Of a stretch of 64,000 nt of DNA, positions 1 through 10,451 are shown in pieces. The DNA is from an uncultured candidate division Zixibacteria bacterium (GTDB lineage Bacteria > Zixibacteria > MSB-5A5 > GN15 > PGXB01). Position 1 is the first letter of the stretch, and each line of letters begins with the position of its first letter. The notes beneath the pieces are model-generated. The model had not been told where the DNA came from. It saw nothing but the letters and a program-made list of their open reading frames with translations, and did not search any database. The stretch lies in assembly GCA_963702205.1 (NCBI GenBank), contig OY969724.1, positions 3,616,001-3,680,000 on the forward strand, in the 5' to 3' direction. The translations under genes were made by a program, and so were the position numbers.

Positions 1-2
1 TG

Positions 3-554
3 GTCGACGAATTCATGAAAATCTATCTCGACCCCTCTCCCCCGCGCTTTTATTCGATCAAAGAACTGCTGGCTTTAACCGCCCGCATGGCGGCCGGATA
101 TTTCAGGGCGACCGATGTCAGCGACCGCGCGGTAGAGCTGTATCGAAGCAATCACCTTAAAAACGATTATCTCTACGAAGATACCATCCCGACCCTGAAC
201 AAATTAAAGTCGAATGACGTAAAGATAATATTGATTAGCGACGCCGACGCCGACGTGCTGCTGGAGCAGTTGGAAATGTTCGATATACTGAAATATTTTT
301 CGGCGACGATCATTTCCAATCAGGTGAGGGCGTACAAACCGTCGGATAAGACGGTGGCCGAAGCATTGAAGCACTGCCGGGAGCCGATGGAAGGTATTCT
401 TTTTGTTGGCGATACAATTGTCGATATGCAAACGGCGGCCAAAATGAAAGTGACATCCTCTTTGATAAACCGTAAGGGTAAATTCAAGCACGATGCCGAT
501 TACCATATCGGCGACCTGTCCGAAATATTCCATCTTCAGGAAGAAGACGATTAA
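3..554 (+). CDS. HAD-family hydrolase, probably 5'-truncated by the window edge
   Basis: YKPS and FVGDTIVD (HAD motifs III/IV), ISD (motif II); frame is open back to base 3 and motif I is missing. Confidence 0.8.
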   Translation, partial: VDEFMKIYLDPSPPRFYSIKELLALTARMAAGYFRATDVSDRAVELYRSNHLKNDYLYEDTIPTLNKLKSNDVKIILISDADADVLLEQLEMFDILKYFSATIISNQVRAYKPSDKTVAEALKHCREPMEGILFVGDTIVDMQTAAKMKVTSSLINRKGKFKHDADYHIGDLSEIFHLQEEDD

Positions 555-575
555 CTGCAAATATCAAGGAGCTAT

Positions 576-2117
576 ATGAAGGTAACGAAAACATTCTGCA
601 CGGCGGGTCTTCTCGTTCTGCTGCTGGCGGCGATCGTGCCGGCCCAGAGCCAGCTCAGGATTCCAGTGCAGGAGTTCAAACTCGCCAACGGCCTGACGTT
701 TCTGGTAGTGGAACGTCACACCGCCCCGGTTTTTTCCGGCTATATTACCGTCGGAGCGGGGTCGGCCGATGAGAAAATCGGCGACATCGGCACGGCGCAT
801 CTTTTCGAACACATGATGTTCAAAGGATCGCAGTCGGTCGGGACGACCGATTACGAGGCCGAGAAGAAAATAATGGACAGCGAGGATTCGGTCTGGGCGA
901 GAATCGACGCCGCCCGACAGCAGCTTCGCTACACCAAAATCGACAACCCGGAAAAAGTCCCGATGCAGGAGCAGTACATCAACGATCTCCAGACAATTCT
1001 CGATTCGCTGAGTGAAGCCAGTTCGAAATACGTTGTCCCGAACGAATTCGACGGCATCTACACACGCAACGGTGCGGCTGAATTCAACGCCGTAACCGGC
1101 TACGATTTCACGCGCTATTTCGTTTCGCTTCCGTCCAACCGGCTGGAACTGTGGTTCGCGCTGGAATCCGGGCGTCTGCTTCATCCGGTGCTTCGGGAAT
1201 TTTTCCCGGAACGCAACGTGGTCAGTGAAGAACGACGGCTGTCCGTGGAAAACAATGCCGACAGCAAGATGTTCGAGCAGTTGATTGGGACGGCTTTCAT
1301 CGCCCACCCATATCAGATTTTCTGGGAATGGCAATCCGAAGAAAACAATTTATCACGCAGCGACCTCGAGGAGTTTCATAAGACGTACTATACACCCGGC
1401 AATATCACCATCGCGGTCGTCGGTGACGTCAAGCTTGATGACGTCAAGAAACTCGCCGAGAAATATTTCGCTCCCATGCCCGAAGGTCCGAAGCCGGACC
1501 CGATCTATACCCGGGAGCCGGTGCAGCAGGGCGAACGCCGGGTCGAACAGGAGTTCGAGGCCAACCCGGCCGTGTTCATCTCCTATCATATGACGGCTTT
1601 CGACGATCCCGATGAACCGGTCTTCAGGGTTTTGCAGCGCTTGCTGGCCGACGGTCGGACGTCGCGGCTGTATAAGTCGCTCGTCATCGATCAACAGCTT
1701 TGCGTCGACGTCAGCATCGATATGTTTCCCGGCAATCAGCTCGGCGACGTATACCCGAGCGTTTTCAATATTTATGCCTATCCCAACGATGGCATCACGA
1801 CGGTGCAGGTGGAAGACGCCATATACAAGGAACTCGATAGTTTGGCGAACATTCCGGTTGATTCGCTGGAGCTTCAGAAAATCAAGAATAACATCGAAGC
1901 TGATTTCATCTGGTCATCATATTCCAATATCGGGCTGGCCGGATATATCGCCGGGGCCGATCGCCTGGCCGGCAACTGGAAATTTATCGAAACCATCCGC
2001 GATGATCTGAACAAGGTCAATGCCGATGATATCATGCGGGTGGCCAGGCAGTACTTTACGAAGGAAAACCGCACCGTCGCCACCCTGGTCCCCAAAAAGG
2101 AAGGGGGTGAAATGTGA
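576..2117 (+). CDS. M16 (pitrilysin/insulinase) zinc peptidase, catalytic subunit, secreted
   Basis: Signal peptide; GTAHLFEHMMFKGS (HxxEH); FNAVT; ERNVVSEER. Confidence 0.92.
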   Translation: MKVTKTFCTAGLLVLLLAAIVPAQSQLRIPVQEFKLANGLTFLVVERHTAPVFSGYITVGAGSADEKIGDIGTAHLFEHMMFKGSQSVGTTDYEAEKKIMDSEDSVWARIDAARQQLRYTKIDNPEKVPMQEQYINDLQTILDSLSEASSKYVVPNEFDGIYTRNGAAEFNAVTGYDFTRYFVSLPSNRLELWFALESGRLLHPVLREFFPERNVVSEERRLSVENNADSKMFEQLIGTAFIAHPYQIFWEWQSEENNLSRSDLEEFHKTYYTPGNITIAVVGDVKLDDVKKLAEKYFAPMPEGPKPDPIYTREPVQQGERRVEQEFEANPAVFISYHMTAFDDPDEPVFRVLQRLLADGRTSRLYKSLVIDQQLCVDVSIDMFPGNQLGDVYPSVFNIYAYPNDGITTVQVEDAIYKELDSLANIPVDSLELQKIKNNIEADFIWSSYSNIGLAGYIAGADRLAGNWKFIETIRDDLNKVNADDIMRVARQYFTKENRTVATLVPKKEGGEM

Positions 2118-3517
2118 GAAAGCATGTACTTATCATCATTGGCCTGACGGTGCTATTGGCCGCTTCGGCTTTCGCCGTTAATCCCCGCGACATGAAATTC
2201 CCGCCGCTGGAATTCAAACCCGGCGAGCCGGCTCGTTTCGTGGTCGACAACGGCATGATCGTGTATTTCTTTGAGTATCATGAACTGCCCGTGGTCATGG
2301 CGACCGCCTATTTCCACGGCGGCGACGTCTATGATCCCGAGGACAAGATCGGGCTGGCGTCGGTGACCGCGGACCTGATGCGCTCGGGCGGCGCCGGAAA
2401 ACGCACCCCCGACCAGGTTGATTTCGACCTGGATTTCATGGCCGCGAGCATTTCCAGTTCGACCGACCCGGATTATTTGACCACCCGCTACCGGTCGCTC
2501 ATGAAAGACGTCGACAGCGGGCTCGGTATCTTCGCCGATATTTTAATGAAACCGACGTTCGACAGCTCCAAAATGGCTTTGGAAATATCCAACCGCAAAG
2601 AGCAGATTCGCAGACAGAATGACAATCCCGGAAACGTCACGCGGCGGGTGTTCTACCAGGAAGTGTACGCCGGGCATCCGTACAGTTATTACCCTTCGCT
2701 GAAGACGATTGGAAATATAACGGCTGAAGATATTAAGAACCAGTACAGCAAATTCTATACGCCCGACAACTGCATTATGGCTATCGCCGCCGATATGACT
2801 CCGGACGAAGCCGAAGCTCTCATCAATAAGTACTTCTCCGGCTGGAAAAAGGCCGGTAATACGATAGAACCGATCGCCAAAGCCGTCCCGAAATTCAAGC
2901 CGGGTGTGTACTACGCCGAGCGGGATATTAACCAGGCCCAATTGCGCCTCGGGCAGCTTTGTCTCGATTCGCACGACCCCGACCGTTTCGCGATGGAGGT
3001 GCTCAATTTCGCGATGGGCGGCGGCGGGTTCACCTCGCGCATCATGCAGGAGGTTCGGACCAACGCCGGGCTGGCGTACAGCGTCGGGACATACCTGTTT
3101 AATCGCCCCTTGACCGGGACGCTGTTTGCCTACTGTCAGACAAAGGCGGAAACGATGGCCCAGGCGCTGACCAGGATCATGGATATTATCAAAGAGGTCA
3201 AAAGCGACGGCATCACTGAAGATGAAATGAACATGGCGAAAGAATCGATCATCAATTCGTTCGTGTTCAACTACGACAAGCCGGATGAAATTGTCAACGC
3301 CGGGGCGCTGCAGGAACTCCAGGGCTTTCCGCCGGATCAGCTCGAAAAAGACCTTGCGGCGTACCGGGCGGTAACGATCGGGGACTGTGACCGCGTGGCA
3401 AAGCAGTACCTCGACCCCGACAATATGGTGATCGTGATTACCGGCAACGAGAAGATGTTTGACCAGCCGCCAGGCACTTTTGGACCGGTCACGCGCGTTT
3501 CGATGGAAATTAAATAG
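2114..3517 (+). CDS. M16 peptidase non-catalytic partner subunit
   Basis: GTG start overlaps upstream stop; signal peptide; GGGGFTSR..EVRTNAGLAYS; no HxxEH. Confidence 0.9.
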   Translation: MRKHVLIIIGLTVLLAASAFAVNPRDMKFPPLEFKPGEPARFVVDNGMIVYFFEYHELPVVMATAYFHGGDVYDPEDKIGLASVTADLMRSGGAGKRTPDQVDFDLDFMAASISSSTDPDYLTTRYRSLMKDVDSGLGIFADILMKPTFDSSKMALEISNRKEQIRRQNDNPGNVTRRVFYQEVYAGHPYSYYPSLKTIGNITAEDIKNQYSKFYTPDNCIMAIAADMTPDEAEALINKYFSGWKKAGNTIEPIAKAVPKFKPGVYYAERDINQAQLRLGQLCLDSHDPDRFAMEVLNFAMGGGGFTSRIMQEVRTNAGLAYSVGTYLFNRPLTGTLFAYCQTKAETMAQALTRIMDIIKEVKSDGITEDEMNMAKESIINSFVFNYDKPDEIVNAGALQELQGFPPDQLEKDLAAYRAVTIGDCDRVAKQYLDPDNMVIVITGNEKMFDQPPGTFGPVTRVSMEIK

Positions 3518-3586
3518 ATGGTGCAAAACCGAAATGGATGCCGCCGGAGACCGATCTTCGACGGCATCTTTCATAACGGGGAGACA

Positions 3587-4568
3587 ATGAATAAATTCGG
3601 CCTTTTGGCATTCGTACTATCGGCCCTGATCGCGACGTCTCTTTCGGCGCAGGACGTCGTTACATTCAATCTGGCACCGCAGTTAAGCGGGACGTTCGGA
3701 AAAACCGAATACGAAATGGATTTGCACTATGTCGACAGCCTGGGGACACCGGAGCGCACGCGAAGCCTGCTCGAATTCCCGTTGAACACCATCAATGCCG
3801 GTTTCAGTGTGATCATTAAAGGCGGTCGGGATAAGTTCGATACCGACTGGAAAGTCGAGGCGACCGTCCTGACGAATATTAAAGACCCGACGGGCACGAT
3901 GTACGACCACGACTGGTATTCTTCCAATAATGAACCGTTGACCAAATTCAGTTATACCGAATCGAATGCCAGGTTGAAGTCGCTGCTGATAGAAACTTCG
4001 GGAGCGAGAAGGATACATTCCGGGCCAATCGAGATTTATTTCCGGATTGGTTTCGATTATTATCATTACGATTACGAGATCATCGGTTTCACCGGCTGGC
4101 AGCTTGTCGGCGGCGTCCCGCATTATTTTACCAGTTCTCAAAGAGGCATTCTATATAAAATCAACTACTACTTCCCGCATGCGGCCGTGCAATTCGAACT
4201 CGGACACTACGGAGGAAATTGGCTGGGTACGCTTATGGCCGGGGCCGGAGCGGTCTTTTATTCGGACGAAGACGATCATCCGCTCCGGTTCAAGACCGCC
4301 GTCTCAAGCGGTACCGGTTACGGAGTCATGGGCGGATTGACAATCCGGGGCTATTTGGGAGGATCTGTACAACACCAAAAGACCGTACATCGAAGCCGCG
4401 AGCAACGTGCGCTATTATAACGCCTCCGGAAATCAAACGCAGACGTGGTACGGTGACGATCCGGCATCGGATGGTTTCGACGACACCGGTAATTCCATTA
4501 CGGGCCTGCCGCACGACGTCCGCGAGTTTACTTTCCGCATCGGTCTCAAACTGGGATTGACTTTCTAA
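3587..4568 (+). pseudogene. Omptin-family outer-membrane protease with one frameshift near 4357-4370
   Basis: Signal peptide from ATG 3587; DHDW and DDH match the omptin catalytic pairs; the shifted frame reads NTKRPYIEAAS...FRIGLKLGLTF-stop(4568), ending in a beta-barrel terminal Phe. Confidence 0.72.
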
Positions 4569-4574
4569 ATTGAT

Positions 4575-5441
4575 ATGCCAATAACTGACGGCATAATAAG
4601 AGAGCGCGAAAAAGTCCGGCTCAAGGGCAATGCCTGCAAAATAGTCGAAAAACTGTACGATAAAAACTTATTCAGGACGACTATAGTCGAGAAAATAGCG
4701 TACCTGTCCGATGGCTTGCTCGTCAGGGGTTACATTGCTCGACCGTCGGTTGGCGGCCCATGCCCGGTCCTGATCTGGAACCGGGGCGGCTATGGCGACA
4801 AAGGTGCGCTCAGCGATCTTACGGCCTATCTCATTCTGGCCTCCACGGCCGCGTGGGGGTATGTCGTGCTGGCGTCGCAGTATCGCGGGAACCGTCAAAG
4901 CGAAGGGCTCGAAGACTGGGGCGGCGACGACCTGCACGACGCGCTGAATATGGCGCGTGTGGCCGAGAACGTCCCTGAATGTGACCCCACCCGTATGGCA
5001 ATCGAAGGCCCCAGCCGGGGCGGCATGGTGACATACCGGGCATTGGCGCAATATCACGATTTCAAATGCGCTATGGTTCATGCCGGAATCACCGATTTAA
5101 GACACATGATAATGACTAAACCGGATTTCGAACGAATAGTCGAGCGGCATTTGGGAAAGCTGTCCGAAGCCGAAAGAAACATTCGGTTGGACGAACTCTC
5201 CGCGACTCGTATAGCCAAAGATTTCCCAAAAAACTGCCCGATTCTGATCATGCACGGCGATAAAGACAAGACGGTCCCTATTGAACAGTCGGAATTACTT
5301 GTAAAGAAATTAGTTGAGTACGATATCCCTCATAAGTACATCAGGATAAAAGACGGAACGCACGTGGCCTTAAAAGACGGGTCTTATAAAGAAATAGACG
5401 AGTACCGCCGTGATTGGCTGGCCAAATATCTGACCGGATAA
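4575..5441 (+). CDS. S9 prolyl-oligopeptidase-family serine peptidase (alpha/beta hydrolase)
   Basis: NRGG, QYRG, GPSRGG nucleophile elbow, HGDKDKTV, late His (GTH). Confidence 0.88.
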   Translation: MPITDGIIREREKVRLKGNACKIVEKLYDKNLFRTTIVEKIAYLSDGLLVRGYIARPSVGGPCPVLIWNRGGYGDKGALSDLTAYLILASTAAWGYVVLASQYRGNRQSEGLEDWGGDDLHDALNMARVAENVPECDPTRMAIEGPSRGGMVTYRALAQYHDFKCAMVHAGITDLRHMIMTKPDFERIVERHLGKLSEAERNIRLDELSATRIAKDFPKNCPILIMHGDKDKTVPIEQSELLVKKLVEYDIPHKYIRIKDGTHVALKDGSYKEIDEYRRDWLAKYLTG

Positions 5442-5445
5442 AATA

Positions 5446-6450
5446 TCAGGCCTTGGCGTCTCCCCTTTTAAACCACGCTTCGAGCACTCTTTTCTCTTTA
5501 TCCGGGTCGAGCCCGGCTTTGGGCTTATAATCGGCCGGGAGAGTCCGGGCCCATTCGTATGTATCCCTGACCGTTTCCACCATCGTACGGAACTTAAGAC
5601 CCGTTTTTAGTGCCTTTGAAATATCAGCGTCCAGCATCCCCGCGCTTTTTTCTTCGGCAATCCAGAGCGGCAGCTCGGTCCACGGCGCGACGTCGTGGTC
5701 GAGCAGAAATTGCCCGTCAACCCAGTACGTTTCCGAGCGGGCCCCGGTAACAGTGCGGCAAACCCCGATTAATTTTTTCATGGTCAGGGTATAATCCGGA
5801 CCGGTCGCGTTGTAGGCACCTTTGGCGTTGTTTTCGACCATGCTTATCGTCCACTCGGACAGATCACGCACGTCGATACACTGCAATTCCCGGTCCTCCG
5901 GCTTCGGCACCAATATGTCTCCGCCTTCGGCACAGCGGGTGACCCAGTACGTGAACCGGTCGGAAAAGTCGTGCGGTCCGACAATCAGGCCCGGACGAAT
6001 AATCAAGGCTCTATCGGGGAAAGCTCCCTGGATATTGTTTTCGCAGATGACCTTGTACGGCCCGTACGTTTCCCCCGTAATTTCTTCTTTACTGGTATCG
6101 TCGATGGTTGCAAGCGGCGCCTTTTCATTGAAGCCCGGTCGGCTCAAGTCTTTATAGACCGAAATCGATGAAATAAATGTGTAATGTCCGGTCCGGTCCT
6201 TGAAGAAATCGGCCGATTGCTGCACTATCCTCGGAAAATAGCCGCAGGTGTCGATCACGGCATCCCAGCGCCGCTCGCCGAGAATGCCGAGACCGCCGTC
6301 GCGGTCGCCGTGAAATGTCTCGATATCGCTGAACAGTTCCGGGTTGCTTTGGCCACGATTGAACAGCGCCAGGCTGTGTCCATGTTTTTGTGCGGCTTCA
6401 ACAAGATAGCGACCCAGAAAACGGGTGCCACCTACGATTAGAATTTTCAA
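5446..6450 (-). CDS. NAD-dependent epimerase/dehydratase (isoflavone-reductase-like atypical SDR)
   Basis: GGTRFLG Rossmann motif, FISSISVY, YGPYK, RPGLIVGP. Confidence 0.88.
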   Translation of the reverse strand: MKILIVGGTRFLGRYLVEAAQKHGHSLALFNRGQSNPELFSDIETFHGDRDGGLGILGERRWDAVIDTCGYFPRIVQQSADFFKDRTGHYTFISSISVYKDLSRPGFNEKAPLATIDDTSKEEITGETYGPYKVICENNIQGAFPDRALIIRPGLIVGPHDFSDRFTYWVTRCAEGGDILVPKPEDRELQCIDVRDLSEWTISMVENNAKGAYNATGPDYTLTMKKLIGVCRTVTGARSETYWVDGQFLLDHDVAPWTELPLWIAEEKSAGMLDADISKALKTGLKFRTMVETVRDTYEWARTLPADYKPKAGLDPDKEKRVLEAWFKRGDAKA

Positions 6451-6508
6451 AGCGTTTCCCTCTTTTTATTTTAAGGATATTACGAGCCCCGCGACGAATT
6501 GTTCACCG

Positions 6509-8062
6509 CTAATATTCCGCAGACTCGACCAGCCAGAATGCCTCGTGGAGAAAATCGATCAGGTCGCCCGCGATCAAAGACCGGTATCCCAGTTCGGCCG
6601 CGGCCAAATCGCCGGACAGACCGTGCAAGTACACGGCGCAAACGGCGCTATCGACCGGCGACAATCCCTGCGCCAGAAATGACCCGACTATCCCGGACAG
6701 GACGTCGCCCGTCCCGCCGGTCGCCATGCCGTTGTTGCCTGTTGGGTTCAAGTACAACTGCCCACCCGGTTCGACTATGACTGTCGGCGAACCTTTGAAG
6801 ATTATAACCGCGTTGTACTCACGGGAGTATTTTCTTACGAGATCGTACAGTTGTGGCAAGGCCTCCGGTATGTCTGCATCTATCAAGCGCCGGAACTCAC
6901 CCGGATGCGGCGTCAGAACCAACTCAGGATGAGCAGACTTGAGCGGCTCGCGATTTTTGGCAAAAGCGTTTAATCCATCGGCGTCGAGTATGGCCGGTTT
7001 GTCCAGTTTTTCGAGCAGACGGTGCATCAGCATCACCGTGTCGCGATGACTGCCCAGCCCCGGTCCAATCACGGCGGCATCGGTCTTATCCAGCCATTTC
7101 CTGATTTCGCCCAAGCCGCGAAGCGCCAGGCAGCCCTTTTGGCCGACGTCGGGCAGAGGGAATGTCATGGCCTCGGTTAGTTTGACTTCGAGGATTGGAT
7201 TAAGGCTTTTCGGGCAACCAACCGTCACCAAGCCTGTCCCGGCTCGCGCCGCCGCCGTGGCCGACAGCGTCGCCGCCCCGGTCAGACCGGTCGATCCGGC
7301 CAGCACGAACAGCTTGCCGAAGTCGCCTTTGTGTCCGTCGGGTTTTCTTGCCGGAAGTCTCTCCGCTACCATTTCGGGCGTGATCAGGTTTTCCGCGAAA
7401 TTGAAGCTGTCGATGACGTCATCGGGCACGCCGATAGGTACAACTTCGACGATTCCGGCTTTTTCCCGTCCGGGCGAATAGTACAACCCAATCTTGGGCA
7501 GCGCCAGTGTATACGTAAAATCGGCATTGGTAACCGAACCTTCGTACTGTCCGGTATCGACGTTGATCCCCGACGGGCAATCTATGGCGACCAGCGGGAT
7601 ATCGTACAAATTGATATGATCGATAAAATCTGCCAGAAGACCTCCTGGGGCGCCGGCAAAACCGGTTCCGAATATAGCGTCTATGACAAGATCGCACGAC
7701 AACTCTTTCGGAAGTTCCTCGGCCTCGATTATTTCTATAATTTTAATGCCCTTTTGAAAGGCGCGGTCATAGTTCAGTCTGGCATCGTGAGATAGTTTGT
7801 CCACCGGACCGGGGAAATAAATCGAAACCTTGGATCCGTACTCGTGCAGATACCGGCCGACCACGAATCCGTCGCCGCCGTTGTTACCTTTGCCGCAGAA
7901 GATGATCACTTTTTTTCCGTCCGGTTCGACGAGGACGTCGTCGCGGATACGTTCGGCTATTCCCCGCCCGGCGTTTTCCATAAGTTCCGGCCCGGGAATA
8001 CCGCGATTTTCGATAGCTTCGCGATCCACCGCCCGCATTTGTTCGGCGGTCACCAGTTTCAT
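6509..8062 (-). CDS. nnr: Bifunctional NAD(P)H-hydrate epimerase/dehydratase
   Basis: LMENAG, GKGNNGGDG, DAIFGTG, HKGDFG, TPHPGEF, MATGGTGDVLSG. Confidence 0.96.
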   Translation of the reverse strand: MKLVTAEQMRAVDREAIENRGIPGPELMENAGRGIAERIRDDVLVEPDGKKVIIFCGKGNNGGDGFVVGRYLHEYGSKVSIYFPGPVDKLSHDARLNYDRAFQKGIKIIEIIEAEELPKELSCDLVIDAIFGTGFAGAPGGLLADFIDHINLYDIPLVAIDCPSGINVDTGQYEGSVTNADFTYTLALPKIGLYYSPGREKAGIVEVVPIGVPDDVIDSFNFAENLITPEMVAERLPARKPDGHKGDFGKLFVLAGSTGLTGAATLSATAAARAGTGLVTVGCPKSLNPILEVKLTEAMTFPLPDVGQKGCLALRGLGEIRKWLDKTDAAVIGPGLGSHRDTVMLMHRLLEKLDKPAILDADGLNAFAKNREPLKSAHPELVLTPHPGEFRRLIDADIPEALPQLYDLVRKYSREYNAVIIFKGSPTVIVEPGGQLYLNPTGNNGMATGGTGDVLSGIVGSFLAQGLSPVDSAVCAVYLHGLSGDLAAAELGYRSLIAGDLIDFLHEAFWLVESAEY

Positions 8063-10425
8063 TTTTTGCGACCTTTCGAGGACTGGCCGTTTTTGCCGTC
8101 GAGCGCAATTTTCAGGACCTGCGCGACATTATCTATGAACTTGAACGTCATACCTTTTTTAATTTCCGGCGGGATGTCGAGCATATCCTTCTGGTTTTCG
8201 CGCGGGAGTACAATCAGCTTGACTCCGGCGCGGTACGCGGCCAGCAATTTTTCTTTGAGCCCGCCAATCGGCAGCACTTCGCCGCGCAGCGTGATTTCCC
8301 CGGTCATGGCTATGAGCGGACGAACCGGCCTGCCGGATAACAGCGACGCCAGTGCGGTCGCCATGGTGATGCCCGCCGAGGGCCCATCCTTGGGCGTCGC
8401 TCCCGACGGTACATGTATGTGTATTTCGTGCTTGTCGCAGAACTCGGGATCGATTCCCAGATCGTTGCAGTTGGTGCGCACGTACAACAGCGCCGCCATC
8501 GCCGATTCCTTCATGACGTCGCCGAGGTGACCGGTAAGAGTCAATTTGGGCTTTCCGCGCATGGCGGTCGCCTCGATGTACAAGATTTGCCCGCCGTAGG
8601 CCGTCCAGGCCAGCCCGGCTACGACACCAACCTGCCCGGTACGTTCCAGGAGTTCGTCGGAGAACCGTTCCGGCCCGAGGTATTTATCGATATTTTTATC
8701 GCTGATAACGAATTTCGTTTTCGACCCCGCCGCGACTTTGCGCGCCACCTTACGAATCACTGCCGCGATTTCCCGTTCCAGATTGCGGACACCCGATTCA
8801 CGGGTGTAACCGCGAATAATTCTCGTTATGGCCGAATCGCTCAGTTCCAGATTGCTTTTCTTGATGCCGTGATTGTCGAACTGCTTGCCGATCAGATGGC
8901 GTTTGGCGATCTGCAGTTTTTCCAGGTCGGTATAGCCGGGGATGCGGACGATTTCCATACGGTCCAGCAGGACCGGCGGAATCGGGTCGAGCAGGTTGGC
9001 CGTGGTGATAAACATCACTTTCGACAAATCGAACGGCACTTCGAGGTAGTGATCGGAAAACGTATTGTTTTGTTCGGGGTCGAGCACTTCCAGCAGGGCG
9101 CTGGATGGATCACCCCGAAAATCGCTGCCGATTTTGTCGACCTCGTCGAGCATGATAATAGGGTTGTTCGAGCCGGTGCGCTTGATGCTCTGGATGATGC
9201 GGCCGGGCAGGGCGCCGATGTAGGTCCGACGGTGGCCGCGGATTTCGGCTTCATCGCGCATGCCTCCCAGGGCGATACGCTCGAACTTACGGCCCATGGC
9301 ACGGGCGATGGATCGTCCCAGTGAAGTCTTCCCTACTCCGGGAGGCCCGACAAAACAGAGGATCGGGCCTTTGACGTCGCTTTTCAGCTTACGCACGGCC
9401 AGGTATTCCAGAATACGGTCTTTTACTTTTTCAAGGTCGTAATGGTCTTCGTCGAGGACCTTCTTGGCCTTTTTGATGTTCAGCCTGTCTTCGGTGGATT
9501 TATTCCACGGCAGGTTGACCAACCAGTCGAGATAACTGCGCGAGACGGTATATTCGGCCGACGCCGGATTCATGCGGGAGAGGCGGTCAAGTTCCTTTTT
9601 GGCGGCGGTTTCGGCCGCTTCGGACATGCCGGCTTCCTCGATAAGTTTGCCGAATTCATCGATTTCAGCGCGGTCGTCTTTTTCGCCCAGCTCCTTTTTG
9701 ATGACTTTCAACTGCTCTTTTAAGATATACTCACGCTGCAGCTTACCCAGTTCCGATTGAGCTTCGCTCTGAATTTTTTTGGAAAGTTCCAACACTTCGA
9801 TTTCTTTGATAATCAATGCAAGCAGTTTTTCCATGCGCTTGAAGACGTCGGCCTCTTCGAGAATTTCCTGTTTTTCCTGTAAAGCGATATTCAGACTCGA
9901 CGCCACCAGGTCGGCCATCTTGGACGGAGTTTCCTGATTGATCGCAGATACATACAGCTCTTCAGATAGGTTGGGAGCCAGGTCGATAACGGCTTTGAGC
10001 CGTTCCAATAAATTTCTCTGCACCGCTTCCATCTTGACATCACCGGCGGTCGATTCGTGCATCTCTTCGACTTCGGCGGTGATGTAAGGTTTATCCTGAA
10101 GAAATCTTTTTATTCGGATTCTTTTCAAACCCTGCACCAGAAAGCGCGTGGAACCGTCGGGGAAACGAAGCATCTTGAGGATATTTCCGGACGTCCCGAT
10201 ACGATACAAATCGGCTTTGCCCGGGTCCTTGTTGTCCTGGTCCATCTGCCCGAACAGCCCGATCGTATTGCCGCGCATAAGCGCTTCATCGATCAATTTC
10301 GCCTGTTTCTGCTCATTGACCATGAGCGGGACAATCAGCGACGGAAACACGGTCGTGCCGCGCACCGGGAGTACCGGCAATATTATGGCGCTCGTTTTGC
10401 TTGCTTTTTGGGCTGTTTTATTCAC
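8059..10425 (-). CDS. lon: ATP-dependent protease La
   Basis: GPPGVGKT Walker A, RGHRRTYIGALPG, PKDGPSAG catalytic Ser. Confidence 0.98.
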   Translation of the reverse strand: MNKTAQKASKTSAIILPVLPVRGTTVFPSLIVPLMVNEQKQAKLIDEALMRGNTIGLFGQMDQDNKDPGKADLYRIGTSGNILKMLRFPDGSTRFLVQGLKRIRIKRFLQDKPYITAEVEEMHESTAGDVKMEAVQRNLLERLKAVIDLAPNLSEELYVSAINQETPSKMADLVASSLNIALQEKQEILEEADVFKRMEKLLALIIKEIEVLELSKKIQSEAQSELGKLQREYILKEQLKVIKKELGEKDDRAEIDEFGKLIEEAGMSEAAETAAKKELDRLSRMNPASAEYTVSRSYLDWLVNLPWNKSTEDRLNIKKAKKVLDEDHYDLEKVKDRILEYLAVRKLKSDVKGPILCFVGPPGVGKTSLGRSIARAMGRKFERIALGGMRDEAEIRGHRRTYIGALPGRIIQSIKRTGSNNPIIMLDEVDKIGSDFRGDPSSALLEVLDPEQNNTFSDHYLEVPFDLSKVMFITTANLLDPIPPVLLDRMEIVRIPGYTDLEKLQIAKRHLIGKQFDNHGIKKSNLELSDSAITRIIRGYTRESGVRNLEREIAAVIRKVARKVAAGSKTKFVISDKNIDKYLGPERFSDELLERTGQVGVVAGLAWTAYGGQILYIEATAMRGKPKLTLTGHLGDVMKESAMAALLYVRTNCNDLGIDPEFCDKHEIHIHVPSGATPKDGPSAGITMATALASLLSGRPVRPLIAMTGEITLRGEVLPIGGLKEKLLAAYRAGVKLIVLPRENQKDMLDIPPEIKKGMTFKFIDNVAQVLKIALDGKNGQSSKGRKK

Positions 10426-10451
10426 TGTATTTCCCTGTATAATTTTCGGTG

